The notes beneath the pieces were generated by a model. It was not told the origin of the DNA. It saw nothing but the letters and a program-made list of their open reading frames with translations, and did not search any database. A DNA stretch of 64,000 bases from Raillietiella orientalis (taxonomy: Eukaryota). A program made the translations under genes and the position numbers. Shown one piece after another: positions 50,173-62,452 of the stretch (position 1 is the first letter of the stretch; the number at the start of each line of letters is the position of its first letter). The DNA lies in contig JAYWIR010000008.1 in NCBI GenBank assembly GCA_036172245.1, positions 186,001 through 250,000 on the forward strand. Direction: 5' to 3'.

Positions 50173-52687
50173 TTGGCCTCGACTCGTTCGACCCGACACC
50201 CGACATCCCGCCCGCCCGTCCCCGCATCTCCTGCTTGCGACTGCTCCAGCGAGCACCCGTTCGATCCCTCGTCGACGTACAAGCTCGGTGTCGTGCACGA
50301 TCGTGTACGTGCACGCAAAACCCCTCGGGTCCGCCGTCCAACGACGGCAGAGATTGCACGTGCGCGAACGGTCTCCCTTCCTCCCGCCAAGAAACACCCG
50401 GACACGAAAGGCGGGAAGGGAGTTTGGAAGTTCCAAACGGCATTCGCAGGTCCCGATGCCCTCTAGCTTTTCGCGGATCTTCCATCCCGTTTCCAAGCAA
50501 AACCGACGCCCGGGAGGGGTAGGGGTCAGACGGGTTCGGGAGAGAAATCTTTTGGGATCCGCATCCGGTGAGGTTCCTTCGTTTCGGCTCAGCATGAGGA
50601 CGACCACGACCGTCCGTACACCGAACACCAGCAGATCATCACCGATCCCCGCTGCCTCGCACGACGCGCAACAGTCCACGCGTGCCACGCGCTAGGTGGG
50701 ATCCGCGCGCCGCTGTGGGTCGATTTCAATTTGCTGGCGCACCGTAACGAAGCGGGATGGGTGGGGAGCCCACCCATTTCCGCCGCATTCCCGTAGACAA
50801 AAAACCGCAAGATGATGCATCTTTCGCAGGCGACAGAACGAGAGCTTAGGCTCCAGCATTGCTCGAGGCTTCCGGTTCGGCGAAAGACAAAAAGAGACGC
50901 CTCACTTTTCCCGTTTCCAAGCGGAACGACAAGCGCGTGTATGCCGCAGGACTCTTACGGCGCGGAAGGAACCCCCCGCGCTACACCGGGCCTGCCCGTC
51001 GTCTTCGCTCCCGTGTTCCCGGGCAGCTCACGGAAGACATGGCCACCACCGGGCGCTCCCATCGCGAGCAGCAGAGGAACTCTTTCGCTCCGTTTTCCCT
51101 CCAGCAGGGACGGTTGGGAGATCTTGTCCGTCGCACCCTCGCGCATCACCTCGGCCTCTTGGCGCGATCCTCGAAGCGCGCTGACCCATCCCTCCCCGTT
51201 CCCAGTGCGCCACCGGCGGACGCCGTGAGCTCGGCCACCCGCATTCCTTCCCTGACGTGGCCCCTGCCGCTTCGCGGCGACTTTCGGTTCGCGCCACGCT
51301 CGGCGACCCGTCTTCGCATGCCGGCACCGCAACGACTGCTCGCGGCTCGCTGTGGCGCGGAAGCAGGCGAAGCGTGCGGGCGGCCGGCTGTCGCTGTCCT
51401 TCCGGCCCTGCCGACGAGTCCTCGTCGGGACGAGTGCCGTGCTTCTTCCACCCGGTCACGCAGGGGTGCCGCAAGAGGAGACGAACGTGCAGGGTCTGCC
51501 GGCTCCCTCCGGGAGCTGGCGAGATATCTGCAATGGCGGGGACGGAGTGGGGAAGACAAGAAGAAGATGAAACGAGGGCGATGGTTCGGGATGGGGGAGG
51601 CAAGGAGGGTGCAGCTCGCCGGGATTCGCAGGAGGCGGGTTGCTAGGCGGCGGGCGCCTTCTCCACCCCAGCGTCTCCGCGCAGCAGTGGCGGCGATGAG
51701 TAGGCAGCCGAGCGCGGCCACCGCAGGCAAGGGCACTCGGCGCGATGAGGGAGCGGAGAGCGTGGCTGGGGCCGGGACGAGCGCCGTTCGTTCGCCCTGC
51801 AGCGCCAAACCCGGTCTTCCCGGGGCGGTCCGGCCGAGGTCGAAACCATGGAGGCTACCGACCTCCATGGTTTCCCGAGCAGCGAGACGTCACCTGCAGG
51901 GCTGCAGGAAAGAAGGAACAAGCTCTTCGTGGGTGGTGGTCCACGCGTCGACTGATGGCTGCTGCGACTCCCCGCGCAAAGGACTTCACCGCCGGTGTAT
52001 GCCAATGCATACCAGTATACACTGGTTCGAGCAGGGTCCATCGCCGAGGTTTCCCGAAAAGCAGCAGTTCCCAGCTGCGCTGCTTTCTTTGCTTTTGTTT
52101 CCCTCTTGCGTGTCCCCACTGCCCGTGTTCCCGGGACGGGTCTGGAGCAGGCGCGTTCCCTCGAGCTGCCGGTCCTAGCAGGAACTCACGTCCCACTACG
52201 GATCTTTTCGCGTGCTGGTGGTCATCGACACGCTTCGCGGCGTCTGCCCTTGCGACCCGGGTCTCCGCCTCTCCGTGTCGCTTTTCCGAACACCCTGGAA
52301 TCGGCACCGGAGGGAAGCGAGATGCTGGATTGCGACCCCTGGATGCCCTTGGAAGCGCGCGCGGTGCGTGGCAGGATACGGAGCAGCTCTTCCGCTTGTG
52401 CTCCCCCCTCGAGGGCTATTACCCCGTGCGGGTTGCCTTCGTGAATGCGAACGAGGCTGTCGATTCGTCTGGCCGTCACGGGACGTCGGAGTCCGTAACC
52501 GCTGGTTGCGGAATCAGTCCATTCGCCGATCTCCCTCCTTAGTACGGAAAAGGGAGCAAAGTTGGCGGTTCGTCCGTGCTGCTCCGTCAAAGAGTTGGTC
52601 CGTCCTGCGGTTCGCTCTTGGTGTGGCTGCCGCCGTTCGTTCGGGATGGTGTTCTTCGGTATGTTCCTCGAGTGCTGCTCCTTCTTG
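50173..52687 (-). repeat. 2515-bp inverted duplication, arm B
   Basis: See arm A. Content looks like decayed LINE material, e.g. the APE-like ...HP...DRVYV...GKGVWKF at about 50230-50440 (+). Confidence 0.97.
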
Positions 52688-53166
52688 GAATGAGATCGGC
52701 AGGACAGCAAGCTGTTGCTGCAAACCACCGTTCCAGGAGTGCACGGAACGCAAATGCTTGCATCTGCATGGAGGTCGTTCCGTAAAGGACGGGAGTAGTG
52801 GGCTGATCCCGGAGGTACTGCAATGACGGGTCAGTTCGCGACAGGAGAGGAACAAGCTCCAAGCAATCCGTTTACCGGCACAAATTAGTTTAATGTACCG
52901 GCCATGAGATAGGTGGCGTATCGGATATCAACCCTTTGAGTGCTATGGACGCATCTTGGGTTCGGGGAAAACCATCGGCGTGGACTATGGTCGCATATAC
53001 GCGTTTGGCAAATGTTTTTACCTTGATCACATCACATAAGTCAACCCTACCAACGTTTGAGATGAACACATACACTTGCGTTCTTATAATTACCTTAGCA
53101 ACGACAGTAAATAAAATTCCATTTATATCGGCTAATTATTGAGAATAGCCTAATATTCTAGTTGTG

Positions 53167-54648
53167 GCAGGACATTGTCGCCAAACTTGGGGAGCACACC
53201 CACCTTGTACAGGGGGGCGAACCTCTCCCTCCGAGACAAAGCCAACCTCTGGAACGGAGCGATCGCACCGAAGTTTCTCTTCGCCGCGTCCTTGGACAAT
53301 ATCCTGGAGAGGATGGTCGAAGAGCTGGGGAACATCCAGCGGGATTTGATTTGGAACGGGAGAAGACCAGAGAGGAAAAACCTGTGTCGCCCTAGGACGG
53401 AAGGGGGAACCGGCATGCGGAAAATCTCCCATGACGTGAATCTCCAGGACCTGAAGTCCCTGGACCGCTACATCAGCGAGTGGAACGAGTGGCCATTCGG
53501 GTTTCACAGGGCGGACTCGAGGATGCTGCTGGAAACCGACGGTCTCAGGTCCTCCCTGTCGCACAAACCCTGGCAATGGAAAGTCGTCGACGCCATCTGG
53601 CCGAGGCTCCACAGCCTCCTGATGACGCTGAAGCTCAAGATCGTCCTGAGAAGCAGGAGATTATGGGACAGGGAGCTCGCCAAGGTGATCCCGCGGTTCA
53701 TCAGCATCCCTTGAGAAACGCAAGTTAGGCTCCGTCAGCAAGGTAAAATGACCTGAGAGACTGCGAGCGACTAGCCACCAGCGGAGTCATCAACGCGGTG
53801 CGCGTGCAAGCGCTGGATGCAAGGCTGGGTAACAACAGGACCCGAGAGCTCTGGCAAGCCCAGGGGACGCAGTGGTCCAGGGTGAGCTCCCGACACGACA
53901 ATGTCCAGATGTCAGTGGCATCCACTGCGGAGGAAGCGCTGAGCACGACCCTGGCCAGGTTCGGTCAACCGGGAGTCAGCCCGCAGGCCATCGCGACGGT
54001 GCTCTGGAGGTCCTCTCTACCGCCGGACGTTCGGGATTGCCTCCTGATGTTTTATCACGGAGGCATCCTGTGCGGGACGACACTCCGACGCTGGACCGGC
54101 AGCCCCGACGACGACCAGGGTCCGGCTTGCGGATCGACTGTAAACGACCTGCACGTGTACACTTGCCGCACCCTTATCCGGGACTGGAGAGTGGTGCGGC
54201 GAGCCATCGGATTGGACAACACCTCGAATCTGGACATCTGCGTGGACTGCTGGAGAGCGAAGACGGCGTGCCCCGCGACAACCCTACCGTGCTCTACGGT
54301 GATCGTCGCCTTCTTCCTGAGGAGCATCCTCATTAGGAGGACGAAGCTGACAAGGGGCCGCGCCTGAAACGCCCGGGATGTCCTGCAAGGACTTTTGATC
54401 AGAGAAATCGGCATTCGTGCGTGCGGGGTGGATCTTGCATCTTGGATCCTCAAGCACTGCGTAAAGATAGTCCGCTGCGCCGCCAGGGCGGTACAGTGAC
54501 ATGCCCGCGAGGGCCACAGTGGCACCAAGAAGAACGACTGACGAATCTTCAGAGTGACTGCTTCTTTGTGTGTTTGTTCGTTGTTTGCTGTTTCTTTGTT
54601 TCTTCTTTGTTGAGTAAATTCACCCCACCGCCGGTCGGACTGGGGAAA
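53167..54648 (+). mobile_element. 5'-truncated L1/Tx1-like LINE, least decayed copy, with 18-bp TSD
   Basis: ORFs 53175-53714 (LSLRDKANLWN...LIWNG...LCRPRTEGGTG, RT C-terminus) and 53798-54367 (FYHGGILC...ACGS...HVYTC, zf-RVT). TSD CCTAATATT(C/A)TAGTTGTG at 53149-53166 and 54649-54666. Confidence 0.92.
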
Positions 54649-55353
54649 CCTAATATTATAGTTGTGCCGTATATAATTTATTATGTTGTACCACGCTCAA
54701 ATGAATTTATTGAAATTATGATTTTTAAATAAATAATAAACGGTTTGGGAAAAATGAAGACATTTTATTCAATGTGGTGTAAATAAAGGATTATAATAGT
54801 GACTTTCATCAGCATTTTATAAAGTCAGTCGGTACCTCGATGGAGCGCGGGGTACGCGGGAAAACGTGCCGTCCAGAGGTCGCAACTGCGACTCGCGTGC
54901 CGCCAATCTGATGAGCCCCGCACCTAAAGGGTTAAGCTGATGAGAACAGATTTTATTTAGTAATTTGCTTACATTATATACAGCGATAATTTGGATCACT
55001 GCTGGATCTCATTATTTCTCGCTAACGGCTTCTTCGTTTTGCATGGATTTGATGAGAGACTTTCTTCTTCTGCAGCCACTTCGTAAGCGCGTCATTTGAT
55101 GACATCGTCCAGAGGATACCCTGATCGGTGTGTCCCATAGATAATACCTCTGCTGTGCTGCATGCATGAGGCCACCGTAAGATGCCTCATTTTTTCCGCA
55201 AACGGCTTCGGGACACGCAACTCGCGCATCATTCGATCGTTCCATGAGTCTGTGGACCTCCCCCCCACTTTGGTTCGCCTCAGCAGTGCGTGAGCCACCA
55301 GAGAGGTCATTGCACTGAATCGGTTGCTAAACGTTTCCTCGAATTCGTTCGAC

Positions 55354-56058
55354 CCGGGTTTGAATCCCCACGGGAAGGATCGGCTCCAAGAACGAGGGGT
55401 GCGTCGTGGGTTCGAGTTTTCCCCGCAAGATGGCGCTGGTTGGCCCACGGGCTTCTGGTGCAGCGGCACTGGCGGAAGCCGGAAACTCCCGGATGCCCCC
55501 GATTAGTGTCCGGGATTGGAAGTTCCTTTCCAGAATCAAGGAGTCCTTCGGGGTTCCCTCTCCAGTTGCGGAAATGGAGCTTTCCCCTTCCTCCATCCCT
55601 CAGGGGGTGACCTCCCCCGTGTACTATGGAACTAGTTGACATCCCCCTCGGGGATTCTCTCCGGAGTGCACGCTGCTCCCTTCGGGAAGAGTCCTTTAGG
55701 GGTTCTTTTCTGAGGTGGGAACAGGGAGCCGTTGGGGTTCCATCGGGAGAAGAAATTCCAGGAACGTTTCCTTTCCGGATTCCCTCCGGAGAGAATGAGG
55801 AAGAGGTGGTTCCCTTCTAAGATAACCGGGACGAGGGGTCCCTTGAGGGTTCCCTGACAAGCGCGAGAGGAGCACGACTCCTTCCTCCGGAATCTTTCTG
55901 GATTCATGGGGTGGTCCCTCCGGAGTTGACCCCTAACTAGAAGAGTCACACACACCTTCGGGGGTGGCATAGACAGAATTAAAGAGCTTAGTGACTCCCC
56001 TCCTCCCCTAAGGAGGTCAGAGGTTCTTCTGCACTTGGCGAACCAAAAAAAAAAAAAG
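55354..56058 (+). mobile_element. tRNA-derived SINE (rod-structured family), 5'-clipped, with A run
   Basis: GGTTTGAATCC, then a second GGGTTCGAG unit, the shared body, and GAACC followed by a 13-nt A run. Confidence 0.85.
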
Positions 56059-56517
56059 GCTAGAAGGAAAGCAGAGAAAACGAAAGATCCCAACAGGATT
56101 GCACCATTCGAAACCACCGTAAAGTCAGAAGGTTCTGCTTGACTGGATGTTTTGTCGGCGGTTCTAATGGTCGTGCTGACCTTTTAGCCGGAAAACGTGG
56201 AAAAACAAAAGGAAAAGGTGCTATGATCGGGAAGATCGCGACAGATGGAGGGATGGACGACGACACCTCTGAAAAAGATGACGGCGAACATGTCGAAGAG
56301 GAACACCAGGAGCTGGTGCCGACGTCCTTCGAACACATGACCGCGGCTCTACAAATCCTACACAGCGGAGGTATTATCTTCGAACCGATCTTTACAGGCT
56401 GGCGTGTTTTCCAGCACTCTCGGATGGCGCCATCCTCACCTTCAGCCGGGTAGGAGCCGCAGCGGCAGGACACCGAGAGTGCACGGGGGAGAAGAATGAA
56501 TTCCGTTCTGCAACCAA

Positions 56518-56523
56518 TTTATT
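56518..56523 (-). promoter_or_regulatory. Candidate polyadenylation signal of the stomatin-like gene
   Basis: AATAAA on the minus strand about 50 nt downstream of the stop codon. Confidence 0.5.
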
Positions 56524-56573
56524 TCCGAAGGCACGGAGGCCCCATCTGGCCACGCGCAGGAGTCTCCGACTCC

Positions 56574-56678
56574 TCACGTCTTTCTCGCGAACATCTCCAA
56601 AATTTGAATGGGAAATGGGAATATGATGGTCGAATCCTTTTCCGTCGAGATGTTGGTCAGCGTCTGCAGGAAGCGCAG
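56574..56678 (-). CDS. Stomatin/band-7 (SPFH) family protein, terminal coding exon
   Basis: After ttccAG it reads LRFLQTLTNISTEKDSTIIFPFPIQILEMFARKT*, matching the stomatin C-terminus LRYLQTL...STI.FP.P. TGA stop at 56576-56574. Confidence 0.93.
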   Translation of the reverse strand: MRFLQTLTNISTEKDSTIIFPFPIQILEMFARKT

Positions 56679-56725
56679 CTGGAAGGGACAAGCTGAAAGC
56701 GGAGTTGACCCTCAGAGGTACGCAC

Positions 56726-56891
56726 TTGCAAGGACACAGGAGACTTTTCCAGAACGCAGGACGCGTCGAACAGGGATTTCGCTGCACGCTGCTCTCCTTG
56801 GGCGGCAATGACCTTGGCTTTCGCCTCCCTGGACGCCTCGGCCTCCGCGGCCATCACTCGCTGCATATGAACGGGCAGTCGGGCATCCTTT
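56726..56891 (-). CDS. Stomatin/band-7 (SPFH) family protein, penultimate exon
   Basis: Translates KDARLPVHMQRVMAAEAEASREAKAKVIAAQGEQRAAKSLFDASCVLEKSPVSLQ, the stomatin coiled-coil (MAAEAEA-REA-AKVIAA-GE). Flanked by aacAG and GTgcgt. Confidence 0.96.
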
Positions 56892-57029
56892 CTGTTTGGA
56901 GACAAACCACCGTTGGTTAAAACTACGACAAACACCCGGGTTGCTTGATGCATGTGCGGGGGAACTGGAGACAGAGAGGTTCTCGTTGACTCGCCCGCCT
57001 GCCATTGCGGCAGTGACCATTGGCATCTA

Positions 57030-57758
57030 CCCGAGCTGGCGTCCGCGTGTCTGCGGCCTCCGCGCGCGCGGCGCCAGGCGTCGCGGGTTCGAATCCTGCC
57101 TGGGGAAGGATCGACGCCGAGAGATAGAGGATGTCTCGCGGGTTTCGAGTCCCCCCCCCTCCCCCCCCCGCAAGATGATGCTGGCTGGCCCATTCGGGTG
57201 CGGCATCGGTGAGTCGAACCCCCGGATGCTCCCGTCGATAGGTCAGGATCGGAAATTGACCTTTCGGAGTTGACCCTCCAGGACATCGAGGAGTCCTTCC
57301 GGGTTCCCCCGCCGGTTGCGAAAGTGGAGCCATCCATCTCGTGCCATGGAATTGGTGGATCGACACCCCTCCAGAGGGTGAAGAAACGGGTTGTTCCCTT
57401 CGGGGAGTGACCATTCAGAGAAAGTTGGGAAGCTCCCCTTCGAGATTCTCTTCAGAGGAGGGAACAGGGAGCAGGTCCTTTCCGGGGGTTCTCTTCGGAG
57501 GAGAAAAAATGGAGTGGATGAACAAGGAAGGATATGGAAGAAATGGTTCTCTTCGAGGTTTCCTCCCGAGCGTAATAGGAACGGATTCCTTCCTCTGGAG
57601 CCCCTCCTGGATTCATAAAGTGGTCCCCTCCCGGGGCACCCCCTAACCTTAGGAGTCAGGCGCACTTTCGAGTGGCGTGGACGGTATCAAACAGCTTCGT
57701 GAGCTCCCCCCCCTTCCCCTAAGGATGCGGATGGTTCTTGCGCACTTCGCATCTCGAA
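57030..57758 (+). mobile_element. tRNA-derived SINE (rod-structured family) in stomatin intron
   Basis: GGCGCCAGGCGTCGCGGGTTCGAATCC head; body homologous to 28010-28770 and 55354-56058. Confidence 0.85.
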
Positions 57759-57824
57759 TCGACGGCAGATGGGAAACCTCAACACGCCCTGCGGAGGTGT
57801 CAACGCCTGAAGAGCCTGGCTCGC

Positions 57825-58500
57825 ATTCCGGTTCGAAGACCCCGGGAATATTATTTTATTATGTAGAATAGAAAGCAAGAATCCACTACATAACGGTACT
57901 TGATCTCTGATTCTAGGAAACTGCGGCTAACGATTGTGAAAGCTCCGGGAGAGTTGAGAAACACGTTGCCAAGGGAACGGGGAAAGAGTCGAAACACTGG
58001 AAGGGAGGAAAGTGGAATTTCTGCCTTTTCCCCTCCTCCTCTTCCATGCAGGGAGGATGCACCAACGATCTCACGAAGGCGCGCAGGGGCACCGCCGCAG
58101 CGTTGAGACATTCAAAGGGATGGGTGGCGCTGCCGGGTAGCATTCCTTACTTTATTGCCGCCCAAAGAGAAAAGGGAAAGCGCTGGAAGAATGCGCGCCA
58201 ATGCCTGATCCACAATCGGAAGAAAATGGACACTCTCGATGGAAACAAATAGACCGTGGGCTTTTTTTTTCTCCTTTTTTGAAGTCGCTAACTGAAAGGT
58301 TCGCGCAGGCCGATGATCCGGCGCTGTCTTATGGTGCTGACGTATTCGGGGCATCTCCTAGAGATGGATAGGGGAACGCAAGGAAACAGTAGGCGGATGT
58401 GGCTTTGGGGACCCCGTAGCTCAGGCTCCAAATCAGAGTGGTCTTCTGCACCACTTCGCCTGAACGCGCCGACAGCGACGCGGCGACGGTGTTAAGAACG
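57825..58500 (-). mobile_element. Probable old LINE 3' tail
   Basis: 3' end has the same layout (TTATGTAG/CTACATAA stem, A/T tract, CCGG hairpin); coding motifs are barely recognisable. Confidence 0.4.
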
Positions 58501-58766
58501 TTGAGAATGAACTTTTCCGAGTTCATCTTTCACCATCGATATGCATCCTTGGCAGGACTTTCGTCCTGCATTTGCCAATTCAGAACTTCTTTTTTCTTTT
58601 GAAATAACGGGGCTGAGATTAGCGTTTTTTCCTTCCATTCATAGAACGGCCATAAAAGGCTTTTTCTCAAGCTAGGCATCTTCTACGTCGTCTGGATGGT
58701 CTGCGCTCCAAGAAGCGATTGCCCGGGGCATCAGTAGAAGGGGGAGGAGGGATGGATACGTTGCCG

Positions 58767-59243
58767 TGGTGCCGTTCGAAATTCCGAATGTCGAAATCTC
58801 GAAAAATAAATGTGTGTGTGTGTATCCTGTGCATTAACACACATATTCACGCATGGTGCGTTAAATATACATTTATATATGTATATGCAAAGTTATTTTA
58901 GCACACATGGTTATTGATATTTATCAACACATATTAATAAATATATCAAAGATTTTAAATATATGTGTGTATTTATTATGCATTAATATACGCCTATATT
59001 TATAATATATATATATATATTAAGTGAATATGTACATATCGAGTTATAGGAAAATTAAAAATGATGGTGACAATTAAAAACAATGGAAAAATAAAAAAGC
59101 AAGCACATTATTTTATTTATACATTTCCGGGATCTTAATCATTTGGTGAATACGTATGTTTATGATACGATATTTATATATTCATTTCATTTCATATTAT
59201 TATTCTTTCGAGATTTCGGCATTCGGGATTTTGAACCCAACCC
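58767..59243. mobile_element. AT-rich MITE, same family as 36425-37144
   Basis: GTTCGAAATTCCGAATGTCGAAATCTCGAAA ... TTTCGAGATTTCGGCATTCGGGATTTTGAAC. Confidence 0.75.
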
Positions 59244-59502
59244 GATCTGTGAATGTGACGTCGAATACATATAAAACTGAGTGCTGAGCGTCCTTTTTTG
59301 AGCAAAAGAAAGAAAGAAAGAACGTGGAAAGGGACCGCTGCGGTGTCCAAAACCAAATCTATAATCAACACCCTATTCTTAGAAGTTACCGAGTTCAGAA
59401 TAGAATCCAAGATACAAACACGAGCTGCTTTGATCGAAAGGTACCAAGCGAGAAAATCGGAAGGCGGATATTGCCAAGTATGTACGTTGCTTGTTTCTTC
59501 TC

Positions 59503-59533
59503 CTTCTTCTTCTTCTTCTTCTTCTTCTTCTTC
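59503..59533. repeat. (TTC)n microsatellite
   Basis: Directly visible; (GAA)n also at 110-133 and a compound (GT)(GA)(GAA) tract at 62943-62993. Confidence 0.95.
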
Positions 59534-59893
59534 CTCAAGATTCAAAAAGACAACAACCCGAGTTTAGAAATTCAGAAATGCCTCCACCCTACCCCCCTCC
59601 GCCCGTCCCAGGAGAAATCAGCATTCAAAGATGCAGTGCAACCCCACGAACAAGAACGGTTTGCTCATGAAACGAGATCGAATCTTCACCAGCAGCCTGC
59701 TGGTGCTGCAACGAATAGGGGGAAAGAAGAAAAATCCAACTTAGCCAACCTCACGACTGCCGATGACTGCGACGCGATATCCCCACATCCCAAACCCCCC
59801 CAAAACTGGGTTGGACTTTGTGTGTCCAGGGAACCAAGCAGAAGGAAAGCCCAGTAGGTAAGTAACCAGTAAAAATAAAAGAGGAATTCTTAC

Positions 59894-60055
59894 ATTTCCA
59901 CTCTCTCTACTTTTATCCCCCATGGGTGGGTGGCCTCGTCTAAAGCGGTCTGCATGGTGAGGGCTGTTCCTTCCCTGTCTCCAAGCGCTTCACTCAGGTC
60001 AAGGCTTCCCATAACATTTCTCAGTGTGGTGGCAGCTAAGAGTTGGGCCGACACG
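59894..60055 (-). CDS. Stomatin/band-7 (SPFH) family protein, internal exon
   Basis: Translates (S)VSAQLLAATTLRNVMGSLDLSEALGDREGTALTMQTALDEATHPWGIKVERVE(I), with stomatin motifs TTLRN and WGIKVERVE. Flanked by ttcAG and GTaag. Confidence 0.96.
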
Positions 60056-61049
60056 CTGAAGGAAAAACACATACACAGGGCGTTGTCAATATTATTCAAA
60101 AAGAAAGCAGACGACAAGACTGATAGGTGTTTGAGAGCATCGTGGGCCCACGATTCAGATAAAGCTCATCCTCATGAAACGCTTCTGATTCTTCACCGGC
60201 AGCTATCCGACTATGGGGGTGGTCCGAAAAACTCTGCAGTTGTTGTGCGTAATGGTCAAACTTTGTTACCATGGTGCCGTTCCTCGAGTCGCCGATCCGG
60301 GAAACTGTGCTCTGCACCTTAGATCTTTCTTTCTCTCTCGAGACAAGCACGTGATACCAGGTACATGCCATCCAACAGCCACAGTAGATGACTATAGCAA
60401 GAATAGTGTGGCGGTTCAGTGAGCTTGATTGTCCCCCATCTCGGTTGCCCGGCAACGAAGCAAGAATATTATACGTGATCGCTGATCTCAGGAAACTGCA
60501 GCTGACAATAGCGATCGCCTACTTGGTGGATTGCCCTTGGGCTTTCGAGCTCTGAAGAGGCGTTCATATTGCTCAGCTAACGGCAGAAAGCTTTCCATGC
60601 GCTTCGTTGTTGATGCTGCTTGTTTTTTTCTACAAGTCGAACGTCAGTGGCAGAAGATACAGGAAAATCCGCAGTCCCTCGATCGTATTTGCGCATAGGT
60701 CCATTTCCCCCACATCATGGGACTGCACATGTTCTCTTCCGGAACTCTAAGGACGAAGCCTTTGCTTTCTGGAATTTGCTCCATCGCATTCCTGAGCGCG
60801 GACGTGAAAGTCATGGTTTCGTTCTACGAGCCGGATAAAGCTACTCCATTGCTTCCAATAGAATCCTATCCTTGTTGAGGACAGCATCGGATTTCAAAAT
60901 GATTTTGTTATGATAATCAGGTACCTTATCTTCTTTTGGTCACCTTTTAATGTTCATCTCCGCTTTCGAGGGCAGCAAGATCTTTCATCACTCTGTTGTA
61001 AATGGATTGGGAAAAAAAAGAAAGGAAAGAAGGAAAGATATCGTGCATC

Positions 61050-62200
61050 GTGCCTTCTGGGAAGTGATCCATTACTGGGAAGCCGTTCTATGGATCGTAT
61101 GAGAGCTTGCGCTACCAGAAACGTTCCCCGATGATGCTTTTGGAACGCACCACAAACAGCTGAAATCCATCGCCCCTTCCAGCAACCACAGCCGGCAACA
61201 GTGAGGAGAGTTTCTCTTCTTCTTGCCAGACATTGCCGTTCCGTAACGGATTTGTAGGAAAAGCGTAAAGCGAATCTCACACCAAACTGCAAGAATTTCG
61301 GCGGTTGTCCCGAACGCCCTTGAGAATCACAAAGGACGCGACATTCGCAGGAATTCGCAGGAGCTCAGACACGATGCAGGCAGGGCAAAATGCCCGAAAC
61401 CTCCGAAGCCCAACAGGAGCCGTTTCATCCATTCAGATCCTGAAGTCTGAGGAATGGCAAAGAGCAGCTCCAGTTGTGATGCAAATAAAGAAAATGCAAG
61501 CACTAGAAGCCCCTGGGATATAAATGTAGAAGCGAATGACAACCTGCATCCATCGATCGATATGCCACAGGTTAAAGAAAGTTGCATGATGGTGCTCGCT
61601 GAAACAGATGATGATGATGAGTGTCTTCTGCAAAGAAATTTCAGAAAGCATGATGCTGCAGAAATAGAACTTGCCCTTTTCACGGATGTTTCTGCGGCAC
61701 TCGAGCGGTAAATGGTGTGGGACCATGGATCGTTTGCGTGATGGAAAGAGTTGCATCAAGAGACTTGGAAAATTCTTCCAAACAATTCTCGGTCGGTTCA
61801 AGAAATCATGGAAAATGGCATGCATCCAGGACACTGTCGATATGAACGGAAGGTGAGAAAACACAGAGAGACTCTTCCTGACGTTTCTTGATCCCTGAAT
61901 GGGGTTCGTCTTCGATAGCACGGTGAAGGTTAGATGCATCCCTTAAGACTTGAGCCACTATTCTTGTTCACGAATTCGAGAAATCTTCGACCAAAGCTGA
62001 AGTTTTTTGAGATCAGTGCTTACTGCTTCTAATCTTCCAGGGTTTATCTGCCAGTACGCTGCGAAACCCCAAAATCCATTTGGGTGGTGAAATTTGCCTG
62101 GTTGAGTTTCCCTGATCTCTTCATTGATGGCTTCATCAGGATTTTTCATGACTCGGCATCATGAGGAAAGTGTCGGGAAAGAATTCCTAAGAACCGAGGA
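61050..62200 (-). mobile_element. Possible highly decayed LINE ORF2 in stomatin intron
   Basis: Scattered motif-like strings GKFHHPNGF, FFNL..D, FALPASCL and WKGRWIS in RT order. Confidence 0.3.
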
Positions 62201-62452
62201 GGCGGTGAGGAGAACTGCCGAACGGGATTTCATGTTCAAAGCGACTTTCTTCGAGTGCTTCCTGGTAACTGATGACCGGAAGAATTGACCCGCATTCTCG
62301 GAAAGGACCAATGCCTTTTTCCTCAAGCAGTGACGAAGAGATAGGGAATCGCTTTTGTTTCGTTTGATTCACGAGTACGGAAAAACTCCAAGCCCTCCGA
62401 TCCCTCTTGTACATTAGGCCGATTGAATTTACCTTTTTCCAAGTGGATTTAC

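Noticed and set aside
25492..52687. Polinton/Maverick or other giant TIR transposon
   Set aside because: No pPolB, integrase, ATPase, capsid or transposase ORF recognisable inside, and no convincing TSD.
54908..54945. CTGATGA motifs (also at 17608 and 24241) as hammerhead ribozyme cores
   Set aside because: No stem II closed by CGAAA and no compatible stems I/III.
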